25,209 nucleotides of DNA from a virus (lineage: Duplodnaviria; Caudoviricetes): positions 1 through 25,209 of the IMG/VR virus record IMGVR_UViG_3300012031_000073. The stretch is one strand, 5' to 3'. Below, piece after piece: positions 1 through 8,531 of the stretch (positions are counted from its first letter, which is position 1; every line of letters starts with the position of its first letter). The position numbers and the translations under genes were made by a program. The notes beneath the pieces are model-generated. The model saw nothing but the letters and a program-made list of their open reading frames with translations. It searched no databases and had not been told where the DNA came from.

Positions 1-1488
1 AGACAGGTTTTTAAAAGCTGACAGGTGGTTAATTGTTTCTGGTGTTATCTTGAAGGATGAGACAGTATCACTAGCTTGCTGCACATCGTACACTACCATT
101 ATAAGTTGTTGCCCTTGGTAGGGGTGCGGCACAATCTTGTAAAGTATCTTATACTTCTGACCACTATCTAATCTGTGGTTTATACTGTAACAGATGAACT
201 CCATGGGTGCATTGTCTGTCGTCACATTCTGTGAGTCAAACAAGTCAGTGACCACTGCCTTATAGACCGTTGCTTTAGCAAAGTCTTTATAGCTTACATT
301 ACGTTCACCGAAGGGTACCTTACATAATAGTTTCTTATTGTCAGTCAACTGTTTTAATTTAAAGTTACTGTCTACCAGATGCAGTGTGTCAGCAAGTGTT
401 ACCTCATTAAGTGTCCAGGACTTAACATCCCCTACACTTAACTGGTTTCCTTTAGGGTCTTGCGACTCTCTTATCTTGGTGGCAATAATTTCTGTAGGCA
501 TAGAGAAGACACTGTCTGTCACAGCTGTGACTTGGATGTTAGATAGCATCATCTTGCCTATGTTGTTCGGTTGAGCTGCGTCATGTAAGGTTCCTAATTT
601 AGCTGAGTACATGTCTTCGGCTGTCGGCACATAGGTTGCTGCCGTGTCGATACATGTAATGAACTCTTGTTTTGTGTGGCCATACTTGGTAAAGTAATCG
701 GTGAGATCTTCTCCCTTTTCCATACCGTCATGGAAACTTGTGATGACCCTGATGTGAGGGGTGTGTTTCACCAATTGAAGTGCAAGTTTTTTTGCACCTC
801 TGAAACCTGCCTCATCATTGTCATAACATATAGCCACATATCTGCCTTTGAAATAATAAGGTGTAGTAGCTAGGGTTCCTTCACCACCTGTTAAACAGAT
901 AGCATTGAAGCCCTGACTTCTAGCTACTGACATGTCTTTCTCTCCAGCACAGATGAGAGTCCATCTAGTTGGAGAGGTAGTGCACCATGAATCAAACGGT
1001 ATGATAAGTCCCGCTACTGCACCCATTCTACTACGGCACTTAGGTCGCTGGTCAGGGATGTATGTTCTAGCGTCAAGCATCTTACCGTACATAGTTACTG
1101 GATACTGCAGTTCATTACCTGTAACAGTGGTGATCATGAGCTCTCGCTGTGTTTCTTCAGAGATACCATAATCTAATGCAGCTTGTATAGGGTACTCAAC
1201 ATTGGACGCACCTTGTTTCCATATGTGTATGGACTCAGCTCCTTGAAAGTGAGGTCTGAGATTGTGTGCGTCAGATGTGAGACACCCAGTAATTTCTTTT
1301 ATAAAATCTACTTCGCTGTATCCTCTATCACAGGCCATACAATGAAAGACTTTCTTTTCATCGTGCACTGAGGCGGAAGGATTGTCTTCATAGTAATCAG
1401 AACCATCAGCGGTACTATGGGGGAAAGGACAGCATACTGCATTCTCCCCGTTTGATTCAATATCAAAGTACCAACTGAAGAAGGACAT
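1..1488 (-). CDS. DNA primase (CHC2 zinc finger + TOPRIM), possibly fused to a helicase; runs off the left edge
   Basis: Not in the ORF track. Translated by hand from the ATG at 1488: MSFFSWYFDIESNGENAVCCPFPH...EDNPSASV...FHCMACDRG (zf-CHC2), then GEKD...LTGGEG...YDNDEAG (TOPRIM). The frame matches at position 1 (...NHLSAFKNLS). Confidence 0.85.
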   Translation of the reverse strand, partial: MSFFSWYFDIESNGENAVCCPFPHSTADGSDYYEDNPSASVHDEKKVFHCMACDRGYSEVDFIKEITGCLTSDAHNLRPHFQGAESIHIWKQGASNVEYPIQAALDYGISEETQRELMITTVTGNELQYPVTMYGKMLDARTYIPDQRPKCRSRMGAVAGLIIPFDSWCTTSPTRWTLICAGEKDMSVARSQGFNAICLTGGEGTLATTPYYFKGRYVAICYDNDEAGFRGAKKLALQLVKHTPHIRVITSFHDGMEKGEDLTDYFTKYGHTKQEFITCIDTAATYVPTAEDMYSAKLGTLHDAAQPNNIGKMMLSNIQVTAVTDSVFSMPTEIIATKIRESQDPKGNQLSVGDVKSWTLNEVTLADTLHLVDSNFKLKQLTDNKKLLCKVPFGERNVSYKDFAKATVYKAVVTDLFDSQNVTTDNAPMEFICYSINHRLDSGQKYKILYKIVPHPYQGQQLIMVVYDVQQASDTVSSFKITPETINHLSAFKNLS

Positions 1489-1490
1489 AT

Positions 1491-1958
1491 CTAGTAGCTG
1501 CCTGTGTCTTGATGTGATGCAGATGCTACCTCACCTACTGCGTAGAATATGTCACTCTCAAAGATGTCAACTGTAGCCTCTGTTTTAGGAGGATTATAAT
1601 AATCATTCTCCTTATGCTTGATGTCTGCATATATCTCTTTGCCTTTAACCAGCATAGCTAAGTCAGTTAACTCTAATGATCCTGTTAATGGTATACGACA
1701 AGCTGTTAAGAATCTCTGCAACTTGTACTGTACATTAGGGTTAGATGTGATGAAGACGTTGTCCCACATTCTTGAGCCTGTTGCATTCTCATATGATACG
1801 TTTAGCCATTGGTTAATAACAGCACCACTGCCATCTACTTTTTGTTTTACTTGTGCATCAATGATCTTTAAGAACACCTTACCTTCAGGGATGATAGGGT
1901 AATTACCACCCGTTGATTCGGGCTTGCTTGTAGGTAGTCCATCTAATTGTATACTCAT
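1491..1958 (-). CDS. DUF669-like phage single-stranded DNA-binding protein
   Basis: Pattern YPIIPEG.V.LKIIDA...WLNVSYE...MWDNVF...LQRFLTAC...GKEIYADIKH. It lies downstream of a Sak4-like ATPase and has a GGAGG RBS. Confidence 0.65.
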   Translation of the reverse strand: MSIQLDGLPTSKPESTGGNYPIIPEGKVFLKIIDAQVKQKVDGSGAVINQWLNVSYENATGSRMWDNVFITSNPNVQYKLQRFLTACRIPLTGSLELTDLAMLVKGKEIYADIKHKENDYYNPPKTEATVDIFESDIFYAVGEVASASHQDTGSY

Positions 1959-1968
1959 ACTGTCCTCC

Positions 1969-2337
1969 TTATTTCTTAATCATGCTATTGAACATAGCAC
2001 CAGTAGTTTGTAACGTTGACTGTGTTGATGACATGAACGTATTCACAATCAACTCCACCTTACTAATAAGTGCTCTGTTCTCTGCCTTCAAGGATTGATT
2101 GCTATTGAAAAGAACTAAGTGCTTGTTCTTAGCTATATCAATTTCCTCTGTTAATTCATCTACTTGCTTTCTAAGTGTACCAAGCTCTGCTCTTGCTTGT
2201 CTTAACTTAGTAGCATCTGTAGCAACTGCTTTCTTTTTAGTTTTCTTTTCTACAGTGCTAGCAGTGTCATCAGTTTCACCTGATTCTGTGTTTGCTTTGA
2301 TTTCATCTACGTTATTTGTACCTGTTAAATCTGACAT
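1969..2337 (-). CDS. hypothetical coiled-coil protein
   Basis: ORF with an AGGAGG RBS and a heptad-like central region, tightly packed in the operon. Confidence 0.7.
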   Translation of the reverse strand: MSDLTGTNNVDEIKANTESGETDDTASTVEKKTKKKAVATDATKLRQARAELGTLRKQVDELTEEIDIAKNKHLVLFNSNQSLKAENRALISKVELIVNTFMSSTQSTLQTTGAMFNSMIKK

Positions 2338-2348
2338 GGGTGTCCTCC

Positions 2349-3299
2349 TTATATTAATAGTTGTGATAATAATCTACGTGCTACACTTAAAGGTATATCT
2401 TCAAGGGCTGTGTCAGCGTGTCCTTCTTGTTCTTTAAGGACAATCCATACTGTGCGCTTAGAACCTGAAGAGTCTAATATAAATTTAATTTCTCTTAGCA
2501 TCTCCTGGCGTTGTTGCTCTTTGATTACTTCAGGGTCTGCCCCTTCTTCTAGGTAAGACTTGAGTTGTCTCATAGTTTCTAAGTCAAACTCATATACTTG
2601 GTCCTCTTCAAAGAGAGCGTATCTTGATTTAAGTACCTTAGCTATGGGTAGTTTGCCCGACACTGATCCTGCTTGTTGCATCTGCAGTACTAGGTCTGGC
2701 TCATACTTAAGGTCAGGCATCATGATCTGTTGTACACCTAAAGACTTAACGCCTTCCCCTGTTATCATCTCATGTTTTTCTTTGACACGTACTGTAGATA
2801 TCATGTGGATATCTGAGTCACGTATCATCTCATAGATAGAATTCTTTTCTCTGGTGATGTCGGGTGTGCCCCAAGCATTGAACTTGTTAGTCTTAGTGTT
2901 GGCTGCTTCAGCCTTACCTACTAACTCAAGTACACCTGATGAACCTATCCATGCATGTGTGATTGAATCTTGTACTAGTGCCTTAGCACCCTTGGTGATG
3001 GCTGTCTCTTTAGCCTTAACATAATGTGTAGGTCTAAAGCCGTGCACTCTGGTAAGATCAAACTTTTTAAATGGGCCGAAGACACCACCTAAGTGTGTTG
3101 TCAGTCCTCTGAATAAATTCAGTGACCTGTTCTCCGTATCCAGTGCTGATACATCTTCCCATTTCTCGCCGGCTAATACCCATGCTAACATGAGTGCTAA
3201 GCCTGACTTACCTTTCCCTGATAAGCCTTCGATAACAATGGATGCTTTACACTGAGCACGTTGGACTTCCTGAAATTCAGGATTAAAAATGTTACTCAT
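2349..3299 (-). CDS. AAA_24 / Sak4-like phage ATPase (single-strand annealing recombinase)
   Basis: Walker A GLSGKGKS, DTENRS and Walker B-like LVQDSITHAW motifs; neighbouring SSB gene. Confidence 0.8.
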   Translation of the reverse strand: MSNIFNPEFQEVQRAQCKASIVIEGLSGKGKSGLALMLAWVLAGEKWEDVSALDTENRSLNLFRGLTTHLGGVFGPFKKFDLTRVHGFRPTHYVKAKETAITKGAKALVQDSITHAWIGSSGVLELVGKAEAANTKTNKFNAWGTPDITREKNSIYEMIRDSDIHMISTVRVKEKHEMITGEGVKSLGVQQIMMPDLKYEPDLVLQMQQAGSVSGKLPIAKVLKSRYALFEEDQVYEFDLETMRQLKSYLEEGADPEVIKEQQRQEMLREIKFILDSSGSKRTVWIVLKEQEGHADTALEDIPLSVARRLLSQLLI

Positions 3300-3300
3300 C

Positions 3301-4689
3301 CTAACTCCTCCTTACATAATTTATATAATCATTGGCCACATCTGTCAAAGACTTACGCTCATAGTATGATTCATACAGTGCTTGGTCGTAAGTATTCTTC
3401 AGGCATAAGCCTATGATATTGTAGGGTTTAACTTTCTCAATTGATGTGGCAATGATCCTATCCTTTGCTTGATCAATGTCGCCAACAGGAGGGAACACAT
3501 CAGTAAAGATAAGGGTGGAGGCCTTGTCTAATGTGAGTCCCTCTTTGCCAGCATCTATTTGGATGAGGAGTACTCTAATCTTACCACTTTGAAAACTGTT
3601 AATCAAGTTGCTTTTTTCCACCGATGACAACCCACCCACGAACAAGCCACACTCAACCTTAAGCTCTGACTCAAGTTCACGTAGGTAGGTGGTGAATCTA
3701 CTGAAGATAATAATACTTTTCTCTTCATAGTCTTTGATGTATTGGTTGAGCCATATGGTCTTAGGGTTTTTAGTTTTAATAAAAGTACTAGGCACTGTGC
3801 ATAGCTGTCTCATTCTGGTGAGCTGGTCAAGTATAGCCTCTACTCTCATGTCACCTACCTTGAAGTATGTGCTGAGTTCTTTGATGCTCTTGGTCTGCGC
3901 ACTGGTAGGTTCGAGGGGCACAATAGTAATCTCCTCTTGTTCAGGTAACCATGGCATAACATCCACACGCTTACGCATGATGCAGTTATCATCCAGTACC
4001 TGTACGTATGCTTGCTCTTTGTCAGGTAAGAAACCAGATGGTTCCTGTATGTGTGACATACCAGCACGTTGCCTGATATGTCTAGGGAGCGGCACATCAT
4101 GTACCTCGAAGTAAGTCTCAACAAATCTCCAGTAAGAAGTAAACTTCGTAGGCTGAAGAGCATGTAGCAGTGACCATACTTGTGAGGGATGATTGGGTGC
4201 CGGGGTCCCTGACAATAACAAAAGATATTCTATGCCTCGTGATTGTTTTAGTGAGGTAAATGATTTTGTTTTTCTCCCGACCGCCCTGTGTGCTTCATCT
4301 GCGATGAATCCATCTGGTTTACATTTGAGTATTAATCTTCTTAGCTCTGATTGATTTGTCTCAGCTCTGTAAAGATCATACGATATTATAAAGCATCCTC
4401 CTTGTTGACTAAATTGTTCTATGAGTTCTAGTCTCTTACTCTTTGTAAGCGATGAAGACATAAGATGAACCTTATGATCTGACCATCGTTCGACTTCGTA
4501 TGCCCATACTGATGTCATGGAAGCAGGAGATACTATTACAATCTTCTTAGCCATAGCAGTCATTGCCACTATGGATGTGGGTGTCTTACCTGTACGCTGC
4601 TGATTAAAAACTCCAACTCGTTTGAGTCGGAGAATATTATCTACATCTTCTTGTTGGTATGGTCGTAGCTTATCATAATATTTATTCAT
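3301..4689 (-). CDS. SNF2-family (SF2) helicase
   Basis: LRPYQ Q-motif, QRTGKT, DEAH, LSGTP, IFSRF, AGKEGLTL and QAKDR motifs. Confidence 0.9.
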   Translation of the reverse strand: MNKYYDKLRPYQQEDVDNILRLKRVGVFNQQRTGKTPTSIVAMTAMAKKIVIVSPASMTSVWAYEVERWSDHKVHLMSSSLTKSKRLELIEQFSQQGGCFIISYDLYRAETNQSELRRLILKCKPDGFIADEAHRAVGRKTKSFTSLKQSRGIEYLLLLSGTPAPNHPSQVWSLLHALQPTKFTSYWRFVETYFEVHDVPLPRHIRQRAGMSHIQEPSGFLPDKEQAYVQVLDDNCIMRKRVDVMPWLPEQEEITIVPLEPTSAQTKSIKELSTYFKVGDMRVEAILDQLTRMRQLCTVPSTFIKTKNPKTIWLNQYIKDYEEKSIIIFSRFTTYLRELESELKVECGLFVGGLSSVEKSNLINSFQSGKIRVLLIQIDAGKEGLTLDKASTLIFTDVFPPVGDIDQAKDRIIATSIEKVKPYNIIGLCLKNTYDQALYESYYERKSLTDVANDYINYVRRS

Positions 4690-4697
4690 GCTACCTC

Positions 4698-5138
4698 CTA
4701 TACTGGTTCCTCATCTACCCAGTTATCTAACTCGGATAAGATGTCAGTGGTTTCTTCCTGGTAATCTACTGATGTGCCACGTTGTTCTGAAGTAAGTGGG
4801 ACATAGGTATAAATGATGTGTGGCCCTACCTTATCCTTGGTGGTGTCGAGCTTAGCCAATGCGTTGATCATCTGAGCTGCACCTACGGCACGCTTATCAT
4901 CTGATGCATCACGTATCATTTGTCTCAGCTGGTGTTGCTGAAAGAGTACGAGCTCTGAGTCTATAAAGGATGACACCTTAGGGTGGGTAATAAATTCTTT
5001 CCACTCATGTGCTGGTACCCCTGTCTCCTTAGAGAGTTGGTAATGGTTCATGAACAAACTATCTTCAGGATCAATAGCATCAAAGATGGATTGTAACCTG
5101 TTCAGGTGATGTTCTTCTGGGGTGAATGTTATATTCAT
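4698..5138 (-). CDS. hypothetical protein with a possible N-terminal HTH
   Basis: GGAGG RBS; HYQLSKETGVPAHEWKEF looks HTH-like. Confidence 0.65.
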   Translation of the reverse strand: MNITFTPEEHHLNRLQSIFDAIDPEDSLFMNHYQLSKETGVPAHEWKEFITHPKVSSFIDSELVLFQQHQLRQMIRDASDDKRAVGAAQMINALAKLDTTKDKVGPHIIYTYVPLTSEQRGTSVDYQEETTDILSELDNWVDEEPV

Positions 5139-5147
5139 AAGCGCCTC

Positions 5148-5561
5148 CTAGTTTATGTTGAATAGATTCTCTATGTCTTCCATGTATTGCATGATGTCCC
5201 TTGATGTAAGTATATCAAACCTGGGTTGTATGTACAACTTACCTTGCTTGAAATCCTCGTAAGCATTGAGCACTACGTTGGGACTGCACTTGATGTCCTT
5301 GCGTATCTGTGCCTTACTCTTGTCAGTAACTGTGCCCATGCATACGATGTACTCATCTCTAAATATTTTTAGTGTGGAGTCTAATGATAGTATCCTTCGG
5401 GCAGCACCCAGTAGTAGGGTGGCATTGATGTTGTTCATCATGTCTAAGGATGTCTGAAAGAATAGCTGTGCTGTGCTCATATTATGCGAGGTATACAAAT
5501 TCATTATGTATTTGTGAAATAGTATTTCATAATACCTAAGGTATATATTTTCGTTTATCAT
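5148..5561 (-). CDS. hypothetical protein (137 aa) downstream of the RT; candidate RT partner
   Basis: Start re-called to the ATG at 5561 (MINENIY...), 6 nt after an AGAAAGGA RBS. C-terminal KAQIRKDIKCSPNVV is weakly HTH-like. Confidence 0.7.
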   Translation of the reverse strand: MINENIYLRYYEILFHKYIMNLYTSHNMSTAQLFFQTSLDMMNNINATLLLGAARRILSLDSTLKIFRDEYIVCMGTVTDKSKAQIRKDIKCSPNVVLNAYEDFKQGKLYIQPRFDILTSRDIMQYMEDIENLFNIN

Positions 5562-5575
5562 GATGTATCCTTTCT

Positions 5576-5781
5576 TACCATGTCTCCTCATATTCATGTT
5601 AGTCACCCGAGAGCTCAATTCAAAGGACGCTGTCTGCTCCTGTAGGCATGGTTCTTTTAATTTAGATCACGGGTTACTAACGAACATTGATTGTAGTGTG
5701 ATACTGCTACGCCTCGTAACAGTTACCTAGCAGTTGCTATAAACATGTGATTGTTTACTGATAGATAAATAGCACATGGTA
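5576..5781 (-). ncRNA. candidate structured ncRNA downstream of the RT
   Basis: A perfect 8-bp inverted repeat closes the whole intergenic gap (TACCATGT 5576-5583 / ACATGGTA 5774-5781). Inner stems: 5740-5745/5752-5757, 5703-5709/5728-5734, 5666-5670/5698-5702. Confidence 0.5.
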
Positions 5782-6876
5782 TTAACCTAAGACTACCTTG
5801 ACTGCGTGTTGGTAGTTCTTATTATATTTTACTTCATACTTCTTAATCATTCTCTTGTAGTACATTGGTTCAATGTTCTTCAGATAAGACAGCTTACCTA
5901 CTAATGATGTGGTGTCTGTGTATGCCCATTGTTCTGAGGTACCGAATGTCTTGAGGAACAAGTCAAGTAAGAATCCATATTCTTTTTTCTTCTTGTTACC
6001 TATGGTGATGTTGCGTTGGTTGTTGTACATCAGCCCTAAGTTCCAGTTAGAACCAGAGAATGATTGGTACCTTGTCTTACGGTTGTTAACCTTGAGTGGC
6101 AAGTCACATACCTTCAGTGTCTCATTGACTGCCTCTACTAATTCACTGAACCTAAAGGTGTATGGACTAGAGATAAGGATATCATCAGCGTACCTAGTAT
6201 AGTAATACTTATCTCTATTAAGATACTGAAGTTTAATAGTAAGCTGATGATCAAACTCTACCATGAGTAGGTTAGATAGTAGTGGTGATAGAGGTGAACC
6301 CTGTGGTAGTACCCCTTCATGGTTAACTGCTACCTCTGCTAACTCACTGAGTGTGTTGTTATCCATATGATTGAATGGGAACACACGTGGTAGTAAGGTG
6401 GTGATTACTTCTTTAGTTATACTTGGAAAGAAATCTTTGATGTCCATCTTAAGGAACCATCGTGCCTTGTTCTCTTGGTGATAGACCATCGCATCCTTTA
6501 CACATCGTCCTCTGGTGTATGCATAGCATGCATTGTGTGGTAAACATTTTAATCCATTGACAATCAAGTCGGTGATGTCTCTGAGCTGTAGCTTGTAGTC
6601 ATCTTCAGGTGCCTCTATCTGTCGGGTCCCCCCACTAGACTTAGGTATCCTGAAGTATCTGAACTTCTTTTCTACATCTCTTCTTAGTATATCATTGAGA
6701 GCAGTGACTTGTTCTATGAAATCTTCTGGTACTCTTGCTTGTACTAACTCAATAGTATTGATGGTAAAGAAATTCTTAGAACGTAGGCTAAATCCTGCAT
6801 CACCCATGAGTGTTCTAAGAATATCTGAGTTACTAACTTGGTTCCCTCTGGTTGCATAAGATAGATGCACTGTCAT
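5782..6876 (-). CDS. retron-like reverse transcriptase (364 aa)
   Basis: Motifs FRIPKSSGGTRQIEAP, HNACYAY, DAMVYH (region X-like), KMDIKDFFPSI, LPQGSPLSPLLSN, YTRYADDILIS, KVNNRKT and WNLGL. No maturase, endonuclease or fused effector domain. AGAAAGGA RBS. Confidence 0.92.
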   Translation of the reverse strand: MTVHLSYATRGNQVSNSDILRTLMGDAGFSLRSKNFFTINTIELVQARVPEDFIEQVTALNDILRRDVEKKFRYFRIPKSSGGTRQIEAPEDDYKLQLRDITDLIVNGLKCLPHNACYAYTRGRCVKDAMVYHQENKARWFLKMDIKDFFPSITKEVITTLLPRVFPFNHMDNNTLSELAEVAVNHEGVLPQGSPLSPLLSNLLMVEFDHQLTIKLQYLNRDKYYYTRYADDILISSPYTFRFSELVEAVNETLKVCDLPLKVNNRKTRYQSFSGSNWNLGLMYNNQRNITIGNKKKKEYGFLLDLFLKTFGTSEQWAYTDTTSLVGKLSYLKNIEPMYYKRMIKKYEVKYNKNYQHAVKVVLG

Positions 6877-6896
6877 TGTGTTATCCTTTCTTGTAG

Positions 6897-7184
6897 CACA
6901 CAGCTTTAATGAAGAGATGAGACTAACCTGGGTGTTTGTATCTTGAAAGCTCTTGTATTGTCATCCGCTGCTGAGAACTGTACATTCCTCTGCATTTTAA
7001 TAGCTGAACTAACTGATGACCCCTACCTTTGCAACGGATTATTATTACTTTTGCGCTTTTGGATAGTGTCTGAGTTTCTGATCATTTTCACAGCTGCTCC
7101 TTATCCTTCTTCATTGTTAGCTTTTGATTCTTATGTACTTTACATAAGCAATTAAATTTTTCAACTTAATTAAATACCTGTGTG
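6897..7184 (-). ncRNA. candidate retron msr-msd-like ncRNA upstream of the RT
   Basis: Terminal arms CACACAG/CTGTGTG (7178-7184, 6897-6903) with an unpaired G at 7177. A 9-bp GAAA-tetraloop hairpin (7150-7171), an 8-bp hairpin (7130-7148), a long-range helix 7108-7115/6908-6915 and an inner stem 6960-6965/7015-7020. Confidence 0.65.
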
Positions 7185-7196
7185 TGTGTTGCAATG

Positions 7197-7850
7197 TTAT
7201 CCTTCCATAATAAAATCAAATGGGTTTACTAATACCAATGGGCTTAGTGGTTGTCCTTTGAAATAATTAATGAGGTTAGCTACAGTGACAGAGCATACTG
7301 TCTGTACCGTAGGCATAATACTTAGTGTCATGTTGCACGCACTGACTGGTGTGTTAGCCATGGCTTCTTCATGTGTGAAGTTCATTGACTCTTTGAGTGA
7401 GACTTTCTGTCTGTCATTAGACCAGTCGGCTGCGTGATGTGTTGCATCTTTTAATCTCATGCGTATGTCTAGCATAGCAGAAATTGTTTGCTTATGGTAG
7501 TGATAATTTAAAATTCTTTTACGTGTATCAATATGATCCAGTGCTAAGATAACAATTCCTCTAAGGGTATCATCATCCCATGCACCATGTTGTACAACCT
7601 GTGCTCTTGGGGTGATAGCCTTATAATGTTTTGTTAAAGCCACTGTCTTCAACTCATCCACGTCCGACCACACATACTGTTGGTTGGCTATGTTATGTTC
7701 TTCAACTGTGTCGAAGTCCCATAGGTGTATGTCTGTGATACCACACCTGGCTAACATAATAGCTGTTGTTGAACCAAGTGCCCCGCATCCTATGATGTGG
7801 ATAGGCACAGTGACTACTGATGGGTCAAAGAAATCTATAAACTTTTTCAT
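7197..7850 (-). CDS. ThiF/MoeB-family E1-like adenylating enzyme
   Basis: IIGCGALGS nucleotide-binding loop, DFDTVEEHNIANQ, K in LKTVAL, LALDHIDTR. Candidate catalytic Cys in PVSACN; no CxxC zinc pairs. Confidence 0.9.
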   Translation of the reverse strand: MKKFIDFFDPSVVTVPIHIIGCGALGSTTAIMLARCGITDIHLWDFDTVEEHNIANQQYVWSDVDELKTVALTKHYKAITPRAQVVQHGAWDDDTLRGIVILALDHIDTRKRILNYHYHKQTISAMLDIRMRLKDATHHAADWSNDRQKVSLKESMNFTHEEAMANTPVSACNMTLSIMPTVQTVCSVTVANLINYFKGQPLSPLVLVNPFDFIMEG

Positions 7851-7862
7851 GTGCCTACCTCC

Positions 7863-8531
7863 TTAGTAGTGTGTACCCCATGGTGGTCCAGTTGATAATA
7901 ACTTTGAGGCACTTGTAGTTGTTACGTAGTTGTCCATCTGTTGCTGTGCCCATGTTTTCTTTATAGTTTTTGGTACTATGATTTCAATGTCGTCATTCTC
8001 AAACATGATGTTGTTAGTGTAGTCATAGATACGAGCATAGGTAGCACCACGTTTGTTCATGATAAGGAATATATAATAAGTCTTAACATGTTCAAGCAGT
8101 GTGCTATAGTAATCTTCATCAGTGCCTGAAGGACTAACACCCATGTTAACATGTGAGTGTCCTTGCATACGCATGCTGTTGTATGTCTTGTCATCTAATT
8201 GTTCCTGCCATGCAGTGTACCCTTCATCTGCTTCTACTGTGACTGGCCCAGTTATTTGTGGGTAGCATAATGTGTCATGTACTGTAAAGACAAAGTTGTT
8301 ACGGCTGACTGTGTTGTGCCATGCTATCTCTACATTACATTCATCAACGAGTTGTTGCATCTTGGTGTATGCTTTCTCTGTGATTGTTATGACAGGATGC
8401 ATGTTTCTTTTTACCCTATCATTTACTTCGTAGAGTTCTGATAAAGAGACTTGCCCTTTAAGTTTAAGTTGACTGAGTATATCTTTTAAGTTAGATGCGA
8501 GCTGCTTGTTGTTGAGCATAATGTGTTTCAT
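7863..8531 (-). CDS. JAB/MPN+ metallopeptidase (deubiquitinase-like)
   Basis: VEIAWH (catalytic Glu) and QGHSHVNMGVSPSGTD match HxH-x7-S-x2-D. Start re-called to the ATG at 8531 (MKHIML), after an AAGGAGG RBS. Confidence 0.85.
   Translation of the reverse strand: MKHIMLNNKQLASNLKDILSQLKLKGQVSLSELYEVNDRVKRNMHPVITITEKAYTKMQQLVDECNVEIAWHNTVSRNNFVFTVHDTLCYPQITGPVTVEADEGYTAWQEQLDDKTYNSMRMQGHSHVNMGVSPSGTDEDYYSTLLEHVKTYYIFLIMNKRGATYARIYDYTNNIMFENDDIEIIVPKTIKKTWAQQQMDNYVTTTSASKLLSTGPPWGTHY

Noticed and set aside
5782-6876. RT as part of a diversity-generating retroelement or group II intron
   Set aside because: No TR/VR repeat pair or Avd-like gene was seen in the window. The motif is QGSPLSP rather than the DGR-type G...SQ. 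There is no maturase/endonuclease domain or intron domain V, and the flanks are too short for an intron.
7023-7091. 22-codon minus-strand micro-ORF (VKMIRNSDTIQKRKSNNNPLQR) with AAGGAG inside the RT leader
   Set aside because: Too short to support, and it lies within the predicted structured RNA. It cannot be excluded without ribosome profiling.
6891-7193. Plus-strand pairing TTGTAGCACACA / TGTGTGTTGCAA suggesting an antisense RNA
   Set aside because: It needs two G-U pairs in a low-complexity GT run. The GAAA tetraloop hairpin and operon direction favour the minus strand.
7197-7850. ThiF/MoeB as a thiamine or molybdopterin biosynthesis gene
   Set aside because: No thiG/thiS/moaE/rhodanese genes nearby and no CxxC zinc motifs; the context is JAB plus an E2-like gene.
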